The notes under the pieces are model-generated. The model was not told where the DNA came from. It saw only the letters and a list, made by a program, of their open reading frames with translations, and searched no databases. Positions 49,892 to 57,385 of a stretch of DNA of 64,000 nucleotides are shown piece by piece. How positions within the stretch are numbered: the stretch's first letter is position 1; each line of letters opens with the position of its first letter. This DNA comes from a virus: the IMG/VR virus record IMGVR_UViG_3300021168_000013; one strand, given 5' to 3'. Position numbers and translations under genes: made by a program.

Positions 49892-50455
49892 ATGATAAAG
49901 CTTAAAACCATATTATCTGAAGTTTATGACATCAATCTCTTAGAGACTGGTGTTGAGAAATTTAAGTTATTCTGTGATTTAGATGGAGTATTGGTTGGTT
50001 TTGATGAGGCCGTTAAGAAATTAACGGGCGGTTTAACCTTCAAAGAATACGTTGAAAAATATGGACACTCGGCTATGTGGAAATTAATCAATGCTAAGGG
50101 TAGTGATTGGTGGGCAAATTTGACATGGAGTAATGATGGTAAGGTGTTATGGGAATTTATAAAACCATTTAATCCTACCATATTAACCGCTGGAAGTAAG
50201 AGAAATTCTGGTGAAATAGCAGTAATCGGTAAAAAAGAGTGGTGTGGTAAGAATTTGGGAACAAATATACCAGTTATAGTTACTGATAATTCAAGAGCTA
50301 AACAACAGTATTCTAAATTAAATAATATACTTATAGATGATTTACCATCTAATATCGATGAATGGAATGCTAAGGGTGGTATAGGTGTATTATATATAAA
50401 TTCTAATGATACTATAACTAAATTAAAATACATTTTCAACAATGCGAGTCTATAA
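49892..50455 (+). CDS. HAD-superfamily 5'(3')-nucleotidase-like phosphatase
   Basis: FCDLDGVL...ILTA...KKEW...ILIDD; N-terminal MIKLKTILSE tag. Confidence 0.88.
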   Translation: MIKLKTILSEVYDINLLETGVEKFKLFCDLDGVLVGFDEAVKKLTGGLTFKEYVEKYGHSAMWKLINAKGSDWWANLTWSNDGKVLWEFIKPFNPTILTAGSKRNSGEIAVIGKKEWCGKNLGTNIPVIVTDNSRAKQQYSKLNNILIDDLPSNIDEWNAKGGIGVLYINSNDTITKLKYIFNNASL

Positions 50456-51119
50456 TTCCATATTAAACCCCGATATTTGGGTAAATGAGAGTGAAATTAA
50501 CCCGAATATTAGAATAAAGCTACTTGAGGTTGCCAATGATTTTTATAAAAACAGCAAGCTTACTGCTCCAATTAAGGATGTTTTACTCTTAGGAAGCAAC
50601 GCTAATTACAACTGGACACCAACCAGTGATTTAGATACTCATATTTTAATTGACTTTTCAATGTTAGAAATGCCAATGGCTGCGGCTAAAGAGCTTACTG
50701 GATTAATAAAGAATCAATGGAATACTGAGCATGATATCCATATTAAGTCTTACAACGTTGAATTGTACATCCAAGATGCTACATCAGTTAATGCTGCTAC
50801 TGGCATATTTAGCCTATTAAACAACGTTTGGATCAAAAAACCAGCTAAAGAAAACATTGTATTGGATATGGAATTGATAAAACAGAAATATCAGGATTTT
50901 GTGTTGAAAATCAAGAATGCTATGGCCGATAACAACTTAGAGAGAATGAAGAATGTCTTAAAAGACGTGTATGATTTGAGACAGTCAGGGTTAGATAGGG
51001 CTGGGGAGTTTTCTACGGAAAATATAGTATTTAAGCTATTAAGAAACAAGAAATACATGGATGATCTTAGGGATGCCGTAAATCAGGAATACGACAAAGA
51101 AATTAGTGTAAATCAGTAA
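50442..51119 (+). CDS. Pol-beta-superfamily nucleotidyltransferase
   Basis: LLGSNANYNW...SDLDTH...VELY; C-terminal RQSGL...GEFSTEN..FK.LR. Confidence 0.8.
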   Translation: MRVYNSILNPDIWVNESEINPNIRIKLLEVANDFYKNSKLTAPIKDVLLLGSNANYNWTPTSDLDTHILIDFSMLEMPMAAAKELTGLIKNQWNTEHDIHIKSYNVELYIQDATSVNAATGIFSLLNNVWIKKPAKENIVLDMELIKQKYQDFVLKIKNAMADNNLERMKNVLKDVYDLRQSGLDRAGEFSTENIVFKLLRNKKYMDDLRDAVNQEYDKEISVNQ

Positions 51120-52605
51120 ATATAAATTTACTATTACCACAATCCCATATTCTATCATATCCATTATTTTTCATATTTTCCCATTCCGATAAATCACTCC
51201 GATATTCTTTCAATAATTTAAACAGTTTATGTTTTTGGAAACTCATTCTATGTTTTAAATCCTTATATTTATTTACTATGTAATAATAACTAACTGGAGT
51301 AAACCCCACGAATTTAAATCCAAGCTTATTATATATCTCTCCATTAAAATATCTACGATCACTATAGCTCACTATTTGTTTATATTTATAATTATTAATG
51401 AAGTAACTGAATAATTTACTGGCTCCTCCAATTACAACAGTGTTTAATTCATTGGAGAATCTCATTAGTTCCCAATCACTACTTTTATCAAACCTTGAAG
51501 TTTTTCGAAAAGACATTAATGATACCAATTTATTTTCATAATACAATCCCAATTTTATGGTGGATTTATCTTCGCCCTGTAAGTGGGTTCTATTTAAAAA
51601 AGCATTTTTATCCTTTATATCAACTTTTCTAATTTCACATTCTCTTGCATAAATTCTAGCAATACCTGTATTTATTCCTAATACGTTAGTTATTACAGAT
51701 TTAACTATTTCTTCCTTATCTCGCAATTCATTCTCAAATATATGAATCAGTCTAATTCCATGACAGGCACAAGACTTTGTTTTATTTAAATGGTATGTTT
51801 TATTAGTTCCTTTGCCATTTTCACTATGCCAATATAACCCATTCAATTCAATTGCAATATTTTTCGATGGTATATAAAAATCCAATTCTTTACCCACTAA
51901 TACTGTTCTATCACGTTGTTTAATTATTACATCTTTTGGTAATATATTCTGTAAGAATTTTAGAAATCTATCTTCCAATGTATTGCGTTTATCTGGATTA
52001 CAACTTTTACAGAAAACGTCGTTTGGTTTATATACATTATCCTCAAACTGCCTGTTACATATTAAACATTGAAACTTATAATCAATATCAAAATGATATC
52101 CTTTATATTCATCTAACGAGCATAACATCTTTATCTTATTATTAATAAATAAGTCATTGAGATATTCATAGTGTTTTTTGAACTTTGTAACTTTAGTTTT
52201 CTCAATGATGTCATCATTAAATGCTTTATTGCGACTTGATCTAGTAGATTTTATCTTATCAATATTATTGTAATGCTCAATTCCATGTTTTATTAAATTG
52301 TTATTTTTTACGGTATTAAACCATCCTTCTTTTTTACTTATCCAATCCACACCATATTTTGCCATTACGGAATTTTTTAGATTTTCTTTACCAGCAACAG
52401 TTTTCATCGGATGACATCCATATTTATCATCGAATGTTTTTTTTACTCCTTTTCGATTTTTATCTTTAATCTCATCATTATTACTACTACATTTCTTACC
52501 ACAAAATATTCTCTTATTTCTAAGATAATAACTTATATCAAATTCATTTTTACATGTCGGACAAGTCTTTTTTATTGTGTCAGGGTTTAATTTTGGTCTG
52601 GACAT
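51103..52605 (-). CDS. Hef-like free-standing endonuclease (Vsr/DUF559-type nuclease + C-terminal GNAT/Mom-like domain)
   Basis: CPTC...CGKKC; ELDFYIPSKNIAIELNGLYWHS...IRLIHIFE; HLQG...LVSLMSF...ELMRF...GGASKLF...SYSDRR...YDRIWDCG. Confidence 0.8.
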   Translation of the reverse strand: MSRPKLNPDTIKKTCPTCKNEFDISYYLRNKRIFCGKKCSSNNDEIKDKNRKGVKKTFDDKYGCHPMKTVAGKENLKNSVMAKYGVDWISKKEGWFNTVKNNNLIKHGIEHYNNIDKIKSTRSSRNKAFNDDIIEKTKVTKFKKHYEYLNDLFINNKIKMLCSLDEYKGYHFDIDYKFQCLICNRQFEDNVYKPNDVFCKSCNPDKRNTLEDRFLKFLQNILPKDVIIKQRDRTVLVGKELDFYIPSKNIAIELNGLYWHSENGKGTNKTYHLNKTKSCACHGIRLIHIFENELRDKEEIVKSVITNVLGINTGIARIYARECEIRKVDIKDKNAFLNRTHLQGEDKSTIKLGLYYENKLVSLMSFRKTSRFDKSSDWELMRFSNELNTVVIGGASKLFSYFINNYKYKQIVSYSDRRYFNGEIYNKLGFKFVGFTPVSYYYIVNKYKDLKHRMSFQKHKLFKLLKEYRSDLSEWENMKNNGYDRIWDCGNSKFIFTDLH

Positions 52606-52625
52606 AATTATGTATTGGTTCCTAT

Positions 52626-52654
52626 ATTGTATAAGTATTACTCAAATTTGTCAA
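52626..52654 (-). promoter_or_regulatory. Sigma70-type promoter of the Hef-like gene
   Basis: Minus strand reads TTGACA, 17 nt, TACAAT, ending 20 nt before ATG 52605. Confidence 0.7.
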
Positions 52655-52681
52655 ATTATATATAAAACTCAAGTTTTAAAA

Positions 52682-52688
52682 TATTTAT
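52682..52688 (+). promoter_or_regulatory. Candidate late promoter TATTTAT
   Basis: 83 nt before the tail tube ATG. Confidence 0.45.
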
Positions 52689-52764
52689 TATTAGTAACAT
52701 GATTTATATCATACTCCGTGTGATATTGATTGTGTCAAATTAACTAACAACAACATGTAAATTT

Positions 52765-53256
52765 ATGGCTGATTTATTAAACAGTAATGAAATATTCTAT
52801 ACGAATTGGGAACCCAAGACAAAGAATCGTATAATTCTCTATGCTGATGGTATCCCATCTTTCATCGTTAAGAAATGCAAGAGGCCAACAGTGAAAAGCG
52901 AAAAGAAGAACCTTGACTATATCAATACCCAAAGATATTACAAGGGAAAAACTACATGGGAAGATATTACCATGGAATTGTACGATCCAATTGTTCCTGC
53001 TGGCTCACAAGCTGTTATGGAATGGATTCGTTTATCTCACGAATCTGTCACAGGTCGTGATGGATATCAAGACTTTTATAAAAAAGATTTAACTCTTAAT
53101 ACCTTGGGACCAGTTGGTGATAAGGTAGAAGAATGGACACTTAAAGGTGCTTGGGTTAGTCAAGCTGATTTTGGTGAAGGTGATTGGTCAGACAGTGGGG
53201 AAGCATTTACGATTGCTCTTACCGTCAGTGTTGACTACTGTATACTTCAATATTAA
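52765..53256 (+). CDS. gp19: Tail tube protein (T4 gp19-like)
   Basis: EPKTKNR...KGKTTWEDITMELYDPI...VMEW...YKKD...GPVGD.VEEWTLKGAW. Confidence 0.93.
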   Translation: MADLLNSNEIFYTNWEPKTKNRIILYADGIPSFIVKKCKRPTVKSEKKNLDYINTQRYYKGKTTWEDITMELYDPIVPAGSQAVMEWIRLSHESVTGRDGYQDFYKKDLTLNTLGPVGDKVEEWTLKGAWVSQADFGEGDWSDSGEAFTIALTVSVDYCILQY

Positions 53257-53273
53257 AATTAAATTTTTTCACG

Positions 53274-53306
53274 ATCTCCTTCTATTTATTTAGTAGGAGA
53301 TTTTTT
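53274..53306 (+). terminator. Terminator hairpin containing the late motif in its loop and the next gene's RBS in its 3' arm
   Basis: ATCTCCT (53274-80) pairs with AGGAGAT (53295-301); TATTTAT at 53283-89; T6 tail. Confidence 0.8.
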
Positions 53307-53310
53307 ATTT

Positions 53311-53562
53311 ATGGACACAAATACACCAACACAGCCAAATACACCAGATTCAGTGAATACGGTGCCTACAAAAACTATATCAGAATCGTCAACCATATTC
53401 GGGGTAAGTCTTCGTGGTATCATCACTATTATGGTAATTGGTACTGTATGTATTATGTCAGTTATGAAAAACGATATAAAAGAACCATTATATACATTAG
53501 CTGGTATGGTTGTGGCATTCTATTTTGGTCACCAACAGGGATTGGTCAGTAATAAAAAATGA
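53311..53562 (+). CDS. Holin-like small membrane protein (2 TM)
   Basis: Hydrophobic GIITIMVIGTVCIMSVM and LYTLAGMVVAFYFG; basic C-terminus. Confidence 0.55.
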   Translation: MDTNTPTQPNTPDSVNTVPTKTISESSTIFGVSLRGIITIMVIGTVCIMSVMKNDIKEPLYTLAGMVVAFYFGHQQGLVSNKK

Positions 53563-53581
53563 GTTTAGACGTTTTTGAAAC

Positions 53582-53589
53582 TATTTATA
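53582..53589 (+). promoter_or_regulatory. Candidate late promoter TATTTATA
   Basis: 27 nt before ATG 53609; followed by GGAG. Confidence 0.5.
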
Positions 53590-53608
53590 GGAGTAACTCA
53601 GTTTAAAT

Positions 53609-54181
53609 ATGATTAAGAAATTAATGGCGGTAGTTTTGTTAGTTGGGTTTATGTGTATAGCACATGCCCAGACGAATGTTCCCGTATTTAAATTTTTACA
53701 TGATTACCGTGTTCAAAACTCAACTCCCACAAACTTTTACAATGCTGGCGAAACCGTTGCGGAATTTGCCCCAACCATTACATCGGATAGTCTTTTCAAT
53801 ACTAAATTACCTCATACCTATGGTTATTCACTTGAGTTAGAACATTGGACTGCCACTTATATGGGTACAGGATTGGAATTCGGAAGTTATAATTATCATG
53901 AAGCAAATTACGGAGCACTTATTGATCATATTGCTATCATGCAAGATTTTAGAATGGTGCCATTTCAGGGTAACCCACTTTTTAGTAGATTTGCTGTCGG
54001 AATTAAAACAGGAGCAGAAACATTCTTCCTAGATGGATCAAAGGATGTTGAACTCGGTGGTGAATTATATTGGACATTTACAGACAATTGCAGACTAGAA
54101 ACTGATATAGTTCAACATATAAGAACTAACTCAAATGAAGATGGGCAAACTGCAAGATTAGCATTACAATGGGTATTTTAA
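53609..54181 (+). CDS. Secreted protein, probable small outer-membrane beta-barrel
   Basis: Sec signal MIKKLMAVVLLVGFMCIAHA|Q; alternating-polarity strands (GYSLELEHW, LGGELYWTF); BAM-type terminal strand RLALQWVF. Confidence 0.6.
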   Translation: MIKKLMAVVLLVGFMCIAHAQTNVPVFKFLHDYRVQNSTPTNFYNAGETVAEFAPTITSDSLFNTKLPHTYGYSLELEHWTATYMGTGLEFGSYNYHEANYGALIDHIAIMQDFRMVPFQGNPLFSRFAVGIKTGAETFFLDGSKDVELGGELYWTFTDNCRLETDIVQHIRTNSNEDGQTARLALQWVF

Positions 54182-54205
54182 TCCAAAACTATAGAAAATA
54201 AAAAT

Positions 54206-54652
54206 ATGAAAAAACTTATCACAACATTATCAATCGCAACAGTATCAGCATTAATTTTAGCTGGATGTGCGAACACACCCCAAACTAATACTGCTGAATT
54301 AGCAGCAATTACGTTGGCCGCTACTACTGGTACGGAACTAGACCTTCAATCTAGACCACAAGACACAATTTATTTTGTCGGTGCCGAACAGGTATTAAAA
54401 ACTCTATCAACTGGAACCGATTCCGTTTCTATTAGCACAATTGAGGTTGCATTGCAATCCGCTGGCGTAACAAACGTAATTGTGGCATCGTCTATTTCGG
54501 AGGCAATTACACTTGGTGACAGTTTAATTGGGCAAAATACTACCAATACATCTGCTCAATTGATTGCATTTCAACAAGTTGATGGTGCTATTGCTACTGG
54601 TATCAGTAACGGTTTGTCGGCAATGGGCAAAGCAACATTGAAGAGAAAATAA
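54206..54652 (+). CDS. Lipoprotein
   Basis: MKKLITTLSIATVSALILAG|C lipobox. Confidence 0.8.
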   Translation: MKKLITTLSIATVSALILAGCANTPQTNTAELAAITLAATTGTELDLQSRPQDTIYFVGAEQVLKTLSTGTDSVSISTIEVALQSAGVTNVIVASSISEAITLGDSLIGQNTTNTSAQLIAFQQVDGAIATGISNGLSAMGKATLKRK

Positions 54653-54678
54653 TTTAACGATTCGTGTAAATCATAATT

Positions 54679-54709
54679 AAGCTCTTAATTTAATATTAAG
54701 GGCTTTTTT
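54679..54709 (+). terminator. Intrinsic terminator after the envelope cassette
   Basis: Stem AAGCTCTTAAT/ATTAAGGGCTT, T-run. Confidence 0.8.
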
Positions 54710-54723
54710 GTTTGTGTTTTATA

Positions 54724-54731
54724 TATTTATA
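54724..54731 (+). promoter_or_regulatory. Candidate late promoter TATTTATA
   Basis: 11 nt before ATG 54735. Confidence 0.6.
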
Positions 54732-54734
54732 TAC

Positions 54735-55634
54735 ATGAAAAAGAATACGAAAATTATACTAAGTTTGGATGGTGGTGGAATGAAAGGTTATATTACTTGT
54801 GTTATTTTAGCCGAATTAGAGAAGAAATCCCAGAAAAAATGTAGTGATATATTTGATTTAATTGCTGGAACAAGTATTGGTGGTATAGTAGCGGCTTTAT
54901 TGAGTTGTGGTGTATCCGCAACAGATGCATTGACATTCTTTACAGAAGATGGCCCTAATATATTCAAAAAAACATTTTTTAACACAATTGGAGGAGTATT
55001 TGGGCCAAAATATTCTTCATCGGTAATAGAGAAGGTATTGACTGATAAGTTTAATGGATTGTTTCCAAAAACTTATTTATTAATGACCTCATATGATTTG
55101 GTAACACAGACTCCACATTTCTTTAAATTTGATACCGAAAAGTACCCATGTCAATTATGGCAAGCATCCAGAGCAACAAGTTCTGCTCAAATATTCTTTC
55201 CCGGATTTAAAGTTAATATTGCTGGCACGGATTATGTATTTTGGGATGGTGGAAATGTAGCAAATAATCCAGCAATTTGTGCCTATGCAGAATGTTATAA
55301 TTTATGGAAGAGTGACCCTATAATCCTATCTATAGGGACAGGAATTTTTAAGACAAAACTTAATGCTGATTCCATGGTGAACAGTGGATTTATTAGCAAT
55401 GCTATCACAACTGTAAGTAGTTTATTTTCTGCTGGAAGTGAAGAAGTGGATTATCAATTAGAACAGTTTATTGGTAATAATTATATCAGAATCCAACCAC
55501 AATTAGATTCTGATTTGGCTATGGATGGTGTGAGTTCAGATGATCTCAAAAAATTATCCGATTTCTCAAATACATACGTTCAATCAAAAGAATGCCAAAC
55601 GATCTTAAACAATTTTGTAAAAAATTATGTCTAA
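54735..55634 (+). CDS. Patatin-like phospholipase
   Basis: ATG 54735 (track start is inside the terminator tail). LSLDGGGMKG, nucleophile GTSIGG, DGG.VANNP all intact. Confidence 0.93.
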   Translation: MKKNTKIILSLDGGGMKGYITCVILAELEKKSQKKCSDIFDLIAGTSIGGIVAALLSCGVSATDALTFFTEDGPNIFKKTFFNTIGGVFGPKYSSSVIEKVLTDKFNGLFPKTYLLMTSYDLVTQTPHFFKFDTEKYPCQLWQASRATSSAQIFFPGFKVNIAGTDYVFWDGGNVANNPAICAYAECYNLWKSDPIILSIGTGIFKTKLNADSMVNSGFISNAITTVSSLFSAGSEEVDYQLEQFIGNNYIRIQPQLDSDLAMDGVSSDDLKKLSDFSNTYVQSKECQTILNNFVKNYV

Positions 55635-56502
55635 ACATGTATCATTTGCTTTCGGTAGATTTCAACCACCAACGATTGGACATTCAGCTTTAATTAACAA
55701 GGTTGCAGAAACATCCAAAGGAGGAGATTATTATATCTTTACAAGTCAATCTCAAGATATTGAAAAAAATCCATTGGATTATGGAACCAAAGTAAGTTTC
55801 TTGCGATTACTATTTCCACAACAAGCTGGTCACATTGTACAAGACCCTAAAATTAAAACGGTATTAGATGCTGCTGATTTTCTTGAATCTAAGGGATTCA
55901 CTGACGCCACATTTGTATGCGGTGGTGATAGAATAAATGAATTTAAAAGATTATTGGAAAAATGGAATCAGATACATCATGCATCAGGAAAAGGTTTTAG
56001 AACTCTTAATATAGTAAGTTGTGGTGATCGTGAAGATGGTGCAGAAGGTCTTTCTGGAGTCAGTGCTAGTTTAGCAAGACAATATGCTGTCAAAAACGAT
56101 TTTGAGTCATTTAGGAAGATTATACCAAAAGACCCTAAATTAGCCCAACAGATTTTCATGGCAATACGTAAGGCTATGAACTTGAGTGAGATTAAAAGAC
56201 ATATTAGAAATATATTAAATGAAATGTTAGATTCAGACGCCACTGATCCAAATGACCAACGTAATATAGCTAATTCAGAAAGACGTATAGTAAAAGACAA
56301 ATATCAAGCAGCCAAGCTTAAATCTGATGTATCTAAAAAAGAATTAAAATCCGCTAAAGAGAGATTAAATACCCAAAAGAGTGTTATTAGTAAGAATCCT
56401 GACGACATCAAAGCTGCTAAAGATGCTGTAAAAACTGCCGAAGAGAAAGTTAAGACTGCTCGTAACATGGAAGATGCCGCTCGCCGAGAGTCAGGTATAT
56501 AA
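55627..56502 (+). CDS. HIGH-motif cytidylyltransferase-like nucleotidyltransferase with basic coiled-coil tail
   Basis: FAFGRFQPPTIGH...KNPL...VCGGDR...SGVSAS..R; then ILNE|MLD and a Lys/Ala-rich helix. Confidence 0.85.
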   Translation: MSKHVSFAFGRFQPPTIGHSALINKVAETSKGGDYYIFTSQSQDIEKNPLDYGTKVSFLRLLFPQQAGHIVQDPKIKTVLDAADFLESKGFTDATFVCGGDRINEFKRLLEKWNQIHHASGKGFRTLNIVSCGDREDGAEGLSGVSASLARQYAVKNDFESFRKIIPKDPKLAQQIFMAIRKAMNLSEIKRHIRNILNEMLDSDATDPNDQRNIANSERRIVKDKYQAAKLKSDVSKKELKSAKERLNTQKSVISKNPDDIKAAKDAVKTAEEKVKTARNMEDAARRESGI

Positions 56503-56557
56503 ATAAAATAAAGTAAAATTATGGTAATGATCTATATATTAATATAGATTAAACGTT

Positions 56558-57385
56558 ATGAATGATGAAACAATTGCAATAGTAAAACCACAACCTGTTA
56601 CCAAACCAGATATCAAAGTTGAGAGTAAATACCCAACTGAAGTAATCGATTTACCAAGTAATGGTTATTTTTATAATGAAGATAACATATTGAGTAATGG
56701 TAAGGTTGAGTTGAAGATGATGTCTGCAAGGGAAGAAGATATCTTAGCCAACGAAAATCTCATAAAAAAAGGTGAAGTATTAAACAAAATGTTGTCATCG
56801 TTGATTATTGATAAAACAATTGATGCTGATGATTTATTAGTTGGTGATAAAAATGCTTTGTTTATCGCGTCTCGTCGATTAGCTTACGGAGATGAGTATG
56901 GTCCAGTGAAGATTTCTTGTAAGAAATGTGGTGAAGAAAATAATACCAGTATAGATTTAAGCTCCATTAAAACACGTCCTTTTGATTTTAGCGGTCATGA
57001 AAAGGGAAAGAACCGTATTAAGTATACTTTACCATATAGTAAACGTGTATTAGAATACAAATTACCAACTGGTAAGGATGAAAGACTTATTGATGAAGAA
57101 TTGAAAGCATTGACCAAGATCAATAAAAATGCCAGTGGTGAAGTAACCACACGTTTGAGAAATATCATCATATCCGTAGATGGTAACACTGACAAAGGAT
57201 TCATTAGAAAATTTGTAGACAATGATTTACTATCAAGAGATAGTGTCTCATTGAGAAGTGATATAGCCAAAAATTCTCCAGACTTAGATTTAAGTTTTGA
57301 ATTTGTCTGCGAGCATTGCGATAATACGGAAAGGATGGGTGTGCCGATGACGGTCCAGTTTTTTTGGCCTAGTACCAGAGTATAA
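56558..57385 (+). CDS. Tail assembly chaperone / baseplate hub assembly protein (gp26-like)
   Basis: EVIDLPS.G..Y...MSAREEDIL...GDKNAL....R..AYG; two CxxC; ends FFWP; directly upstream of the tape measure. Confidence 0.8.
   Translation: MNDETIAIVKPQPVTKPDIKVESKYPTEVIDLPSNGYFYNEDNILSNGKVELKMMSAREEDILANENLIKKGEVLNKMLSSLIIDKTIDADDLLVGDKNALFIASRRLAYGDEYGPVKISCKKCGEENNTSIDLSSIKTRPFDFSGHEKGKNRIKYTLPYSKRVLEYKLPTGKDERLIDEELKALTKINKNASGEVTTRLRNIIISVDGNTDKGFIRKFVDNDLLSRDSVSLRSDIAKNSPDLDLSFEFVCEHCDNTERMGVPMTVQFFWPSTRV

Noticed and set aside
18236-54734. Longer ORF-track starts (367, 18236, 22113, 28090, 29006, 36366, 41954, 54708)
   Set aside because: They fall within terminators, upstream genes or promoter motifs; downstream ATGs fit the spacing and coupling better.
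50442-55634. A bona fide bacterial CBASS operon
   Set aside because: The NTase and patatin are separated by other transcription units, and no CD-NTase-specific or Cap2/Cap3 features were seen; kept only as a speculative link.
25678-56505. Canonical T4 TATAAATA boxes at 25678-85 and 56498-505
   Set aside because: Both overlap TAA stop codons in AT-rich DNA and show no consistent spacing to starts.
56530-56549. Inverted repeat ATCTATAT/ATATAGAT before the chaperone gene
   Set aside because: Almost all A/T, no U-tail; expected by chance here.
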